19,285 nt of DNA from contig JAKMXF010000123.1 of the NCBI GenBank assembly GCA_024704765.1, forward strand, positions 1 to 19,285. The letters are read 5' to 3'. Position 1 is the first letter of the stretch. Every line of letters begins with the position of its first letter. The translations under genes and the position numbers were made by a program. Origin of the DNA: Oopsacas minuta (Eukaryota > Animalia > Porifera). The notes beneath the pieces are model-generated. The model saw nothing but the letters and a program-made list of their open reading frames with translations. It did no database searches and was not told the origin of the DNA. This document shows positions 1-10,008 of this stretch, in pieces.

Positions 1-577
1 ATTAAATAGAATTTGGATGGACCATGGATAATACAAAATTATAATTTCTGCTAAATACTTCGAGGCACGTAGTGCAGAGATATCCCGTGGCGTAGCGACT
101 CAAAAGCACTGATAATTGTAACTGTCTCATACTCATTCCAAAACAAGAAACAATGCTTCAACATAATTCAGCTAGTCACCTTTCCAAATATGAATAATTT
201 CTCGAATCGAATTATTTTTGGACAAGATATGTGGATTTTTCACACCTCGCCAATATAAATCAATGCATTTTCGGAGGAATCTGATTGGTCAACGTTGGTC
301 AATTAGATCCTTCCTTCACATAATACGCGTAGCATTCGCAAACTCTCAAAGACAATCATGAGGGCCGGAGGCCCGAAAAAGCATTCTGCAGCAATTAGCA
401 GAAAAAAAACGCCCAGGGGCGCGTTGCGGCTAGTGATATATATAATACAGTGGAATTGGAAAATGATGCCACACACGGGACTCGTCAAATGTGAGTTTTA
501 TAGGTGGACTGGTAAATACTATGGTAAATACTATTATATTTGTAAATTAGTGTTCATATGTTCAGTACTCATATGCA

Positions 578-1516
578 CTATTTCCTCGGAGTATTCCAAA
601 ATCTCTCGTGAATCTTCTCAAATGTTTTAGGAATTGATTTCATTCTGTTAGATTCAACGGACAATAACAGTAAATTACTTAACCTGTCTTCACACATTGT
701 GCTACGTAATCGAGTCTTAATAAGCTTTAATGTTGAAAAAGAACATTCACATGCGGAGGATGTCACTGGTAGTGCAAGAATCAACCTATATAGAATGTTC
801 AAATTGGGATATAATTTGGCTATCCCTTCTTTGACCATATAAAGATAAAGTTTATGAATTCCAATTTTCCCGATATTGGATAATTCAATTGATTTCGCAA
901 GAAGTTTGTACACATATTCTATTAAATCTGCATCGAAGTCGCCAATATAATAACTTGGTAGTACTCTTAAATCCTGTATATTTTCAGCTTTAGGAGGATT
1001 TAAGCATTCAATAGATTTGAGAAGAGGCATGGTTTCATGTGAGAATCTACTCTGAAGCGCTTCTTTAATCAACTCAATCACATCATTAAAGAATTGCTCT
1101 TTCATACGATCTTTTCCAGTTAACACTATTGGTACATGGTGTTCACTATCATCCAACCTTGTAGGTACCTTCCTGTGACGTGGTTCACTATATGTGACGC
1201 CAATATTCTCAGCAAGTTTTTCAGCTTGTAAATATAATTGATCAAAATATGTTTCAGTTGTATATCCTTGTAATGTACTAATCAAATATTCAATATGTAG
1301 ACTTGCTGATGATATGTTAAGATCTTCATTTTGAAGATAGTTTGAAATGATATTACACAATTTGAGGATATCTGTAAAGGTAACCAAACATAGACAAAAT
1401 TGGAAATCTATACATTTTGATAGAGAGAAAGCATCTGACGCTATACCAGAATCATATTTACCATCGTATATAATAGAATCTAGAACTTTTAGAAGAACAC
1501 TAATATTTTCAAGCAA
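578..1516 (-). mobile_element. hAT-superfamily transposase, C-terminal fragment (ZMYM1/PRKRIR-like) with hAT dimerization domain; 5'-truncated
   Basis: 312-aa frame ends in YPNLNILYRLILALPVTSSACECSFSTLKLIKTRLRSTMCEDRLSNLLLLSVE, a typical hAT dimerization motif (usual ERSFS is ECSFS here). There is no ATG at 1516 (TTG), no BED finger and no first catalytic Asp residues; upstream it abuts the NHL 3' flank at ~1527. Confidence 0.9.
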
Positions 1517-1526
1517 AACTTGGCAT

Positions 1527-1756
1527 GGTGCCCACAGGATCTCAAATATTGTATTGCTGTCTATATGAAGGAGTTCATTAATATAGAGGTTAGGACGGTG
1601 GCATTAAGGGCTGGAAAGTATTATAGATTAGAGACGAAAGGAATAGTCAAAGTAAGGGAAAGATTCTTTACTCGAAATATAACAAAATATTTAGTGGAAA
1701 AAACTAATACAAAATGTAGAAAAATGGTAACATAAAGTAGCAAATATCTAAGAGTA
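1527..1756 (-). repeat. 3' flank of NHL copy 1, duplicated with copies 2 and 3
   Basis: Read on the minus strand it aligns closely (roughly 90% by eye) with 12337-12564 and with 8548-8772, from the stop codon to ...GACAGCAATACAAT...GAGATNCTGTGG. Confidence 0.9.
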
Positions 1757-2647
1757 TTAGAATATCTGTAGACAATTCTGATCAGCACTACTCACAACAA
1801 TAATTCTACCTTTATCATCTAATGTAATTCCTGATGGTTCGGGAATAGAGATTTTGTGGATACATTCATATTTAGAATTGAAAATTTGAATAGAATCAGA
1901 ACCATAATCTGAGATTAGAATATTATCAGAATTGTCTAGAAAGAAGAAGAAGGGAGATATCACTTGCTGTTCTTCTCCTCTAGAAATGATATTCTTCTGC
2001 AGAACTAGATCTTTATTGAAAATGTGTAGACAAGGATTTGATTCATCTAGGATAAAAATGTTGTCTCGATTGAGTTTGATATCAAGAGGTTTTGTGAGAA
2101 TATCTTTGCCAAACTGAGACTTGTAATGAAGGTTTTCTGAGAGTATTTGAATGCGATTGTTAGATGCATCACAAATGTAAACATCTCCAATGAATTCATC
2201 GATTGTTATACCCCGAGGATAATTAAACTCCAAATTTCCTTTTCCAAATTTACCAACTTTGGAAATAAACTTTCCATCTAGTTGATAGTTCATTATACAG
2301 TTGCTTGATTGAGAAATAACAATTCTATTTCCATAAATAGATAAACATTCCGGGAAATGCATCGCTCCTTCACCTTTATTATCTCCGAATTTGAATAAAT
2401 ACTTAGCAGTACTGTCAAATAGTTTAATACAGTGATTATATTGATCTGCTAGATAAATATTTCCTGTATTGTTATCTACAGTAACATCCAATGGATAGCG
2501 AAGTTGTTCATTTCCGGTTCCTCTGTCACAAACAGTCACTAGAGGTTGTTTCTTGTTTGGATAATCAATTCCGCTTCCCACCAACTTCCCCAACTTCTTT
2601 ACTTCATCTAACAATTTGTTGTTTTCACAAGGATTAGCTGTAGCCAT
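1757..2647 (-). CDS. NHL-repeat beta-propeller protein, copy 1 (propeller only)
   Basis: Open frame with NHL blades (PLDVTVDNNTGNIYLADQYNHCIKLF; PRGITIDEFIGDVYICDASNNRIQIL; PSGITLDDKGRIIVVS). The ORF track starts at 2677, but the ATG at 2647 gives MATA..., matching the two paralogs. Confidence 0.9.
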   Translation of the reverse strand: MATANPCENNKLLDEVKKLGKLVGSGIDYPNKKQPLVTVCDRGTGNEQLRYPLDVTVDNNTGNIYLADQYNHCIKLFDSTAKYLFKFGDNKGEGAMHFPECLSIYGNRIVISQSSNCIMNYQLDGKFISKVGKFGKGNLEFNYPRGITIDEFIGDVYICDASNNRIQILSENLHYKSQFGKDILTKPLDIKLNRDNIFILDESNPCLHIFNKDLVLQKNIISRGEEQQVISPFFFFLDNSDNILISDYGSDSIQIFNSKYECIHKISIPEPSGITLDDKGRIIVVSSADQNCLQIF

Positions 2648-2959
2648 TATTATTGCTATACAATTCATATTATTCAAATATATATAAGATCATACAAGGA
2701 ATCAAATCACACAAACTAGACAAATCAGAGAGAAATGCAAATAACCAAAATATATTAACCAAATACGGCCGAGAAATGTGTGATTTTATGATGGAAAAAA
2801 TGTGATAAAATATCGTTTTTGTTGTGAGAATTGCTTAATAAGGACCGAAAATATTTAGTGTTTCCTTTTACTTTTACTGTAAAACTTCGGCAGTAATTGA
2901 TTAAAGGTTTAATTGAAAACTTTATGTACGTATTTGTGAGGAAAATTAATATTCATGTA

Positions 2960-3034
2960 CAGTAGAGACTCACTAATTAGAACTTTATCAATTCGAATTT
3001 GGGCAAAAATGTTCTGAATATCGAGGTTATACTA
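2960..3034. mobile_element. Very short degenerate pogo/Tigger-type MITE
   Basis: TA-CAGTAGAGACTCACTAATTAGAAC at left versus reverse complement of the right end TAGTATAACCTCGATATTCAGAAC (16/24 by eye). A related end (TTCTGATTAGTAAGGGTGTACTGTA) occurs near 16225-16249. Confidence 0.4.
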
Positions 3035-3170
3035 TAAATACTATAATTATGGAAGTAAAGTAAAACTGATTAACAAATTTCATACTCACTACTTATATAA
3101 TTTGCTTACTAAAAGGATATTATTATGATATCATCATTATTCATAATAACATTCAGTTAATATAATTCCT
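3001..3170 (+). repeat. Degenerate dispersed direct repeat, partner at ~16214-16410
   Basis: Shared blocks in the same order: GGGCAAAA..GTTCTGA, AATTATGGAAGTAAA..ACTGA, TGCTTAC..AAGGATAT..TTATGAT, CATTCAGT. Confidence 0.55.
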
Positions 3171-3270
3171 CTTATAACAATATTGGGTAGAGTCAAAACC
3201 AGTTTAAAGGAAGCTAAACGAACCGCAATAATTAAATACATAAATTGAACAGATGTTTCCCTCTATACTA

Positions 3271-3951
3271 CAGCGGAAGTCGCTTAATCGGACAGCTCGG
3301 GAGTCAATGTATTGTCCCGATTAACCGGTTATATTGTATTTAAGTATTCAAAACTAGTTTTTCATATTCTCAGTTCATAAACAGAAATATCTTATTAAGC
3401 TACTACTAAATCCTGATTTATATAAGATATAGCAGAGATAATTCGTTGTAGTAAGGGGAGAGTCCTGCTTCAAGAGTTCATAGATATCGTTTACTTATGA
3501 ATAGCAATTTAGTTAGAAAGTTAGTAATTATGTTTAAACAATAATGCACGTACTTATTACTTCAACCTCAATAATCCGTACTCCATAGGACCAAGCAAAA
3601 CGTTTGGATAACCAACAGTCTGTATTATTGAGGTTATATGCACGGTGCAATAGGCTATGGGACCTGAGTCAGTGAGCAAAGTGAATAATCTTAGTTTTGT
3701 AAATAGTAATAGAATCGGTGTTGTATTATTATGTTTATAGAATAGAATATTCAAATTCATAGTTTTAAAACAAATCATATTACAACGATTCTGAATATAT
3801 ATACTATCGGGTTATTGGGATTAGAAATCCTGATTAACCGATTCGATGTCCCAATTATCCGACAATTTTTCTATGTAAATCTGTACCCAAACTTTTGTCC
3901 CGTTAAGCGGATATCTCGATTATCCGAGTTCCGATTTAGAGGCTTCAACTG
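3271..3951. mobile_element. Non-autonomous pogo/Tigger (Tc1-mariner superfamily)-type element
   Basis: Left TA|CAGCGGAAGTCGCTTAATCGGA and right TCCGATTTAGAGGCTTCAACTG|TA are imperfect inverted repeats with TA flanks. The subterminal motif CGATTAACCG/TGATTAACCG occurs near both ends. No transposase motif recognised inside. Confidence 0.7.
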
Positions 3952-4038
3952 TACTATTAATACGCTATTAATCCGTACATATATATATATATTCGTATGT
4001 TCAGAATTGATTGAAGAAACTGGAGGAGCCCGGTGTAA

Positions 4039-4143
4039 CAGCCTAGATTAACCTCCCAACCCAGTTTAACCCCGGGTATAGTCTGGGCTAGCCTAGATTA
4101 ACCCTCAGGTATAAACCGGGCTAGCCCAGATTAAGCCCCGGGG
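4039..4143. repeat. GC-rich short repeat cluster (AGCCYAGATTAASC x3) with internal inverted copies
   Basis: CAGCCTAGATTAACC, CTAGCCTAGATTAACC and CTAGCCCAGATTAAGC; TCTGGGCTAGC is inverted relative to GCTAGCCCAGA. Probably a transposon subterminal region. Confidence 0.6.
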
Positions 4144-4146
4144 AAA

Positions 4147-4526
4147 GGGATGTCCTGCTCTAAATATAAGTATGGGAGCGGTATTTCAAATTTCAAATTC
4201 AATTGAATATATCCTAATTTCTAATACAAAATTCAAACAATATACCAGTAATTGAATTAATAAGATTAGTATGAATAATATCAAAGGTTTAGTAGTAAAT
4301 CTCAAAATAGAGTTCTAACAAGTGATTGAGTACACAAAATTATTTAACTAATAATATTTCCAAATTTCTTCTTGTTTATGAGCTCAGAATTTTGTATTTC
4401 AATCCATGGATATTTGTTGCTGAATTTTGGTGCAAGAGCCAAGATTTAGAATATTCCAATGGTCTCCAAATAGTCAGTGGTGGACCATTAAGCTGGATAA
4501 ACAACAAAGAAGAGACGTGTTCTATT
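4147..4526 (-). mobile_element. Partial inverted copy (3' end) of the hAT element at 13675-14367
   Basis: Reverse complement matches ~13984-14365 at roughly 95% by eye, including the TIR remnant GGGATGTCCTGCT and the LFIQLNGPPLTIW coding remnant on the minus strand. Confidence 0.9.
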
Positions 4527-4570
4527 TATATATCCTACATTCCAAAACACGTTGCTTATAATATAATTAT

Positions 4571-4668
4571 GGGATTACTTTTATGTCGGCTAGCCGATAA
4601 ATAAGGAATTATGGCCGACATATAAGGATTTAGCCGACAAATAAGGATTTAGGCACCATATAAGGAAT
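4571..4668 (+). repeat. Putative left end / subterminal tandem repeats of the Mutator-like element
   Basis: Four ~19-21 bp units: GCCGATAAATAAGGAATTATG, GCCGACATATAAGGATTTA, GCCGACAAATAAGGATTTA, GGCACCATATAAGGAATTT. Perfect palindrome TCGGCTAGCCGA at 4585-4596. Lies ~250 bp upstream of the transposase ATG. Confidence 0.65.
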
Positions 4669-6839
4669 TTTTCTATTTCTAACTTCGTATAAATTGCCTC
4701 GAATTTCTCCATATATGTATAATAATTCGTATTAATCAAAATCGTGATAATCCTAAAGAGGAAAACGTATATTTCTAACATGCAACTTTTGGGCAAATTT
4801 GGTTGAATTTCGGGTTCAAAAGGTCATTTTCTGATTGGAACACAGTAACTCAGTCCTACCATCTGCGGATAATATTTATTATATTTGTGCGAATTAAACA
4901 ACGTAGCTATTTATCATGGCTGAACCAAGCGATCAATCAGATGAATATTTTGCAGCTATAGCTTCACAAAATTATTTCCTCGATTTTAATTCATGTTCTC
5001 TAACTGGATACAATGAAATCGAACATCCAACTGAAATGATTGACTACCCCAATTATCTTCATGATTACGACCCTGATCATCATACTGATGCATTCGGTCC
5101 CATTTCTTCAACTGAAAGTCAATATATAATTTCGAAATTTCCAGATCCTATTGATACAAACTCACCGCCTAACGAATGTTCCCAGGTAGACCCAGAGCAA
5201 GTCTTTGAAAATCAGAGTGTTTCCGGATCAATAACCCATACGGATGTCAGAAGAAGAATTGATACAATGATTCTATCAAGGTCTGCTATCCTACCGTATG
5301 ATATGCCTAAAGGACCTTGGGAATCTCATGTGACATCTAAATTAGATATAAATGAATGGGCGTAGGATCTTGCTACTGGTGGCGGGAGATTTAACTTAGT
5401 GTGGAGTTCAACTTATACACCTACATCTAGAAAAGGCAAGCAGAGGGTTTTAAGTTGCTACAGAGCTAAAAAGGCCAAACACACAAATGAAAAACGAAAT
5501 ACCATTACACAAAGGTGTAATTGTCCATTTAGCATTCGTTTAGAAGAATGTATTGAAGGTTGGACAGTATTTATAGGAAATTTGCACACAATCACGATTT
5601 AGTAGAAAGTCATAGCGCTAGTCTAGTGGAGTCTTCCCTTCGACAAATACCATTCGAATTTACTACCCTTGGGTTTGAGCTTAAACGTGCAGGTCTCACA
5701 GCATCAAAAATTAATCAAGTTTTTATAAGTAAGGCACATGAAAAACATCTTCCAATAACGTGGTCTTATCAAGATGTGTACAATAAATTTCAACCAAGTG
5801 TTGAAGAAAGAAGTTTTGATGCAACGAACTTCGTCAGTTATCTACAAGAACAACTATCTACCAAAGGCTTGTATTTCGCTATACAGACAGCAGAAGACAG
5901 CTCAATGAGTAAAGTCTTTTGGACATTAACTGATAGTTTTGAACGCTGGGTTGAAAATTCTGAAGCTAACATCGTGCTCTTCGATACCACCCATGGTACA
6001 AATAAATATACCCTTAAGTTTGCCGCTTTTTGTACAGTCAATAAACATGTTAATACTCCAGTCCTGGCATGTACACTACTTGATCGTGAAACAGAGGAAG
6101 CATTTACTTGGGCATTCAGCGAATTCCTGAAACCATTTCGACATCCACCCAAAATCATTATTACAGACTGTGACCCAGCTATGGCCGCAGCGATCAGAAA
6201 TGTACACCCTTCCACTATACATCTCCTTTGCACTTTTCACATTGGCCAAAATATTGTCAAACATATTAAACCTCTTTTCAGTGGCCGACATGAAAACTTA
6301 TGCGAAAGTTGGAATGCTTTCTTAAATTCATGGTGGAATCTATGTAAAAAACAAGATTCAGAATCTCGTGATGATTTTGATCAAGAATGGAAAGAACTTT
6401 TGGCTCTAGTTCAATCCAGGCAAAACTCGAATAACGAGAAAGTTTCCATTCTGCTCAACTTTTCTTACGTATATTATATGACAAGAGAATTCAATGGGCA
6501 TCACGATGGACCTGGCAACACCTCACGTTGGGTGCTCATTCCACTCAACGATCAAACAGTTTTTAAAATGCACATACTCTTCTTACACATCTCGCGAATA
6601 AAATTGATGAAAATAGGAAGACCCTTTCAGAACAAAATGAAGGACGTGCAACCCGGTTAGCGCTTAAAATGGCACATACTCATCTAAACATCCGATAGAA
6701 CGAAACCTTGAGTTAACACCATTTGCACTGGCGATTGTAAAGGCACAAATTGATCAGTGCATGCAATATAGTGTTGATGCCATATTTAACGTTGGCGAAG
6801 GAAAGATTTATGAAGTTAACTCTATTGTCAGAGACTCAG

Positions 6840-7313
6840 GTAAGGAAGAAGTTGTAATAATATAGTACACTCGAACCTCTCTTATCCGGGTAGTGCCGGA
6901 CCGTAGGGTGCCGGAAGTCAGAATTTGCCCGAATCTGAGAAATAACATTAACTCTATGAGAGGGCCAATCAGTTGGAATCGGGTCCACTTTTCAGAACCG
7001 TACCCGAGAAACCCGATCCCGATTCCAACTCTGGATCCGATTATAATCAATAGGATAAATATCGATATGGACGGATATAGCTGTTATGACGGTTTTAGTT
7101 ACAAAGAAACGTGTTAGATATGAAGTACGAGTAAAACAGCTCTACTATAAGGAATATTTACTAAAAATTGAAATGGTCGAATCAATTTCAATCCTTTTGG
7201 AAAAATGGTGCTCGGTTGAGGGAGGTACACGGATATCGGAGTCCGGAAAAGAAGTTCGAGTATACGTATAATAATTTATGCTAATTCAAATACGTATTTT
7301 GTCTTTATTCTAG
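6840..7313 (+). other. Phase-1 spliceosomal intron in the MULE transposase
   Basis: CAG|GTAAGG donor, CTAAT branch-like site at 7281, pyrimidine tract and TTCTAG acceptor. Removal joins ...IVRDS-V-EREGL in the same frame as the SWIM finger. A second donor, AAG|GTAAGT, follows DFWK at 7538. Confidence 0.7.
6868..7262. mobile_element. pogo/Tigger-type MITE inserted in the MULE intron
   Basis: TA|CACTCGAACCTCTCTTATCCGG ... CCGGAAAAGAAGTTCGAGTA|TA inverted termini with TA flanks; non-coding. Confidence 0.8.
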
Positions 7314-8134
7314 TTGAAAGAGAAGGATTGTAGGGAAGTACCAACAAGGAGAAATTAACATCTATGGACCTCGGGTTATCGAAGGTTTTTACTAAGTCCA
7401 GCCGTAAGACAACGTTGACATCTTGCACATGCTTATTCCCATCATCATGGGGCTTACCATGTCGTCACATGCTTATTGTTTATCATCATGAGAAAATAAC
7501 GAATATACACGACAAAGCTATAGTTGATTTCTGGAAGGTAAGTAGTCATTCGATACAGCACAGATATTATTGCAACCGCACTCGGTTATATCAGAATTAC
7601 GTAATGACTTGCCAAATTATTAACGTTGTGTCCTTGTGTTCTTTCAACTATTAATGTATCGTCTCATAATAGATAGAGAATCAAGCAGATCACAAATCTA
7701 ATATCTACAGCTGTATTGGTAGTTGTATACATTTTAAGGTTCTGTGGATCTCAGGTTGGCAATCACAAATGTAATGTATCGAATAATTTGGCCCACAAAT
7801 CAATTTTTGGAAAATATTACAACCTTCCAGTATTAAACCGTTTCATATTCGGGTAAGACACATATAGCCAGCGGGCTGGCCCGATTCCATAAATTCTTTT
7901 TCCAAAATCATTAATTGTATTCAATTCTATTGCAGACAAGAACTTCCTGCTTAGTGGTGAACCCGATTCTCAAATACCTGTAATGTTCTAATATGAATTC
8001 AGTTAGAGTAAACATCGGAACTAATTTCCGCATATATAATCAAAGAAGTCATATAACAGCGGTAGCAATTCTGACATGGATTATGAATATCCATGGTACC
8101 AGTAATACAGTAGCAATTCTGACACGCAACAGGA

Positions 8135-8209
8135 CGAAAAGCTCATTTCATCAATACAATTAGTGGATGGGATAAGCAATACTAATTGAAATACCAAACA
8201 AAGATGAGG
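8135..8209 (-). pseudogene. Possible small hAT dimerization-domain remnant
   Basis: PHLCLVFQLVLLIPSTNCIDEMSFS resembles the hAT consensus P-x-L-x-x-L-x-x-L-x-L-x-x-P-x-T-N-x-x-x-E-R-S-F-S; similarity is not sustained downstream. Confidence 0.4.
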
Positions 8210-8547
8210 CAAATACATTCGGAGAGTTTCGTTCGCTGATAGAGGTCTTCCTATTTGGTCAGCGGTAACAGCAAAACCCCACACATCGATTTTCGCTGTC
8301 CGCATAGATCACCTCTATGTATTGTATAGTGCTGTAATATGATTTTCTATTGGGAACTTGGAAAATATTCGCAGCATATTCTAGAGGACTCACATACGAA
8401 AGTCCAAAGATGAGAGGATGATGCCAAATTAAGACCAAAGTTCATTGATTTGGACTTAACCATTTCTGAAAGATGTGTAATTAATGTATAATAAGTAACA
8501 AGTCAGCGGCTGCCGCACTTGGTGGCCCATGGACGAGAACAGGGGAT

Positions 8548-8772
8548 CCACAGTATCTCAAACATTGTATTGCTGTCAATAGGAATAAGTTAATTAGCAT
8601 AGAGGTTGGAACCGTGGCATTAAGGGCTGAAAAGTATTATGGATTAGAGACGAAAGGAATAGTAAAAAAAAGTAAAGATTCATTACTGGAAATACGACAA
8701 AATATTTAGTGGAAAAAACTAATAAAAAATGTAGAAAAATGGGTAACATAAAGTAGTAAATATCTAAGAGTA
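8548..8772 (-). repeat. 3' flank of NHL copy 2, duplicated with copies 1 and 3
   Basis: Aligns with 1527-1756 and 12337-12564; homology stops at GAGATACTGTGG. Confidence 0.9.
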
Positions 8773-10008
8773 TTAGAATATCTGTAGACAATTCTTATTA
8801 GCGTAACTCACAACAATAATTCTATCTTTATCATCTACTGTAATTCCTGATGGTTCAGGAATAGAGATTGTGTGGATACATTCATATTTAGAATTGAAAA
8901 TACGAATAGAATTAGAACCATAATCTGAGATTAGAATATTATCAGAATTGTCCAGAAAGAAGAACAAGGGAGATATCACTTGCTTTCCTTTTCCGATAGA
9001 AATGATATTCTTCTGTAGGACGAGATCTTTATTGAAAATGTGTAGACAAGGATTTGATTCATCCAGGATAAAAATGTTGTCTCGATTGATTTTGATATCA
9101 CGAGGGTATGTGAGAATAGCTCTACCAAACTGAGACTTGAAATGAAGGTTTTCTGAGAGTATTTGAATGCGATTGTTAGATACATCACAAATGTAAACAT
9201 CTCCATTTAATTTATTGATTGTTATACCCCAAGGGTTATTAAACTCTAAATTTCCTTTTCCATCTTTACCAACTTTGGAAATAAACTTTCCATCTAGTTG
9301 ATAGTTCATTATACAGTTGCTATATTGAGAAATAAGAATTCTATTCCCACAAATAGTTAAACCTTTCGGGTAGTTCATCTCACTTTCACCTTTACTATCT
9401 CCGAATTTGAATATATACTTAGCAGTACTGTCAAACACTTTAACACAGTGATTACCTGCATCTGCTATATAAATATTTCCTGTTTTCTTATCTGCAGTAA
9501 CACCCCGTGGCCAGTAAAGTTGTTCATTTCTATTTCCACTTTCACAAACACTAACTAGTGGTTGTTTCGTATTTGTATAATCGATTACTCCAGCTTTCTC
9601 CAACAACTTCCCCAACTTATTCACTTCATCTAACAGATTATTGTTATCAATCAACAAGTTAACCATTTTCGGTTTTACAGGAATTTCCAAAAATTCAAAC
9701 TCTCGATTCAATTCCTTTAAGAAGTTATCATGCAATGTCTTAACAGTAGAATTAATTACCATTCCTGTATTAGCATTTCTGATATTTTCAATGTCTTTCT
9801 TCTTTTCAGTCATCTTGTCAACTTCTCTTTTATAAGTACGATAACGAGCTAGAATATTCTCCAATTCTTCAATCAATGTATTCTCTCTCACACTTAAACA
9901 GTCTCTCAATTCAGCGAATGTAATTTCAATTCTCTCCTTTATTCGATGTATTTCTAGAATAAAGTTATCTTCTCCATGATCTGTATCTTCTCTATGAGCA
10001 GTAGCCAT
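8773..10008 (-). CDS. Helical/coiled-coil-like region + NHL-repeat beta-propeller protein, copy 2 (longest; TRIM-NHL-like C-terminal architecture without RING/B-box)
   Basis: 411-aa intronless ORF. Residues ~20-135 are E/K/L-rich and helical (IHRIKERIEITFAELRDCLSVRENTLIEELENILARYRTYKREVDKMTEKKKDIENIRN), followed by six NHL-type blades ending CLQIF. Confidence 0.92.
   Translation of the reverse strand: MATAHREDTDHGEDNFILEIHRIKERIEITFAELRDCLSVRENTLIEELENILARYRTYKREVDKMTEKKKDIENIRNANTGMVINSTVKTLHDNFLKELNREFEFLEIPVKPKMVNLLIDNNNLLDEVNKLGKLLEKAGVIDYTNTKQPLVSVCESGNRNEQLYWPRGVTADKKTGNIYIADAGNHCVKVFDSTAKYIFKFGDSKGESEMNYPKGLTICGNRILISQYSNCIMNYQLDGKFISKVGKDGKGNLEFNNPWGITINKLNGDVYICDVSNNRIQILSENLHFKSQFGRAILTYPRDIKINRDNIFILDESNPCLHIFNKDLVLQKNIISIGKGKQVISPLFFFLDNSDNILISDYGSNSIRIFNSKYECIHTISIPEPSGITVDDKDRIIVVSYANKNCLQIF

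Larger units (their letters stand above)
4916..7537 (+). pseudogene. Mutator-like (MULE/FAR1-type) transposase pseudogene with intron(s)
   Basis: Joined frames give a FAR1/WRKY-GCM1-type finger (RCNCPFSIRL...W...HNHDL), the DDE core (VLFDTTHGTNKY...IIITDCDPAMAAAI...HLLCTFHIGQNI), LYDKRIQWASRW...GAHSTQRS, TPFALAIVKAQ and a SWIM finger (CTCLFPSSWGLPCRH). Disablements: stops at 5363, 6564 and 7331; frameshifts near 5584, 6443 and 6665. Confidence 0.9.

Noticed and set aside
84-440. 3' terminus of the hAT element encoding 578-1516 (CCGTGGCGTAGCG at ~83; GC-rich patch 356-440)
   Set aside because: It resembles hAT TIR starts, but there is no partner TIR or TSD in the window to confirm.
2648-2677. 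N-terminal extension MNNMNCIAII of NHL copy 1
   Set aside because: Paralogs start at MATA; the extension is AT-rich, UTR- or intron-like sequence.
4585-4668. CRISPR-like array
   Set aside because: Units are directly adjacent with no unique spacers, there are no cas genes, and the context is eukaryotic; better explained as transposon subterminal repeats.
8548-8580. RAG/Transib recombination-signal heptamer (CACAGTA) at the NHL flank borders
   Set aside because: No ACAAAAACC-like nonamer at 12 or 23 bp, copy 1 has CACAGGA, and there is no matching signal at the 5' border.
9598-9921. Segment absent from copy 3 being a retained intron (copy 3 as a retrocopy of a spliced form)
   Set aside because: It starts AC (or CA), not GT/GC, is fully open and encodes a coherent helical region.
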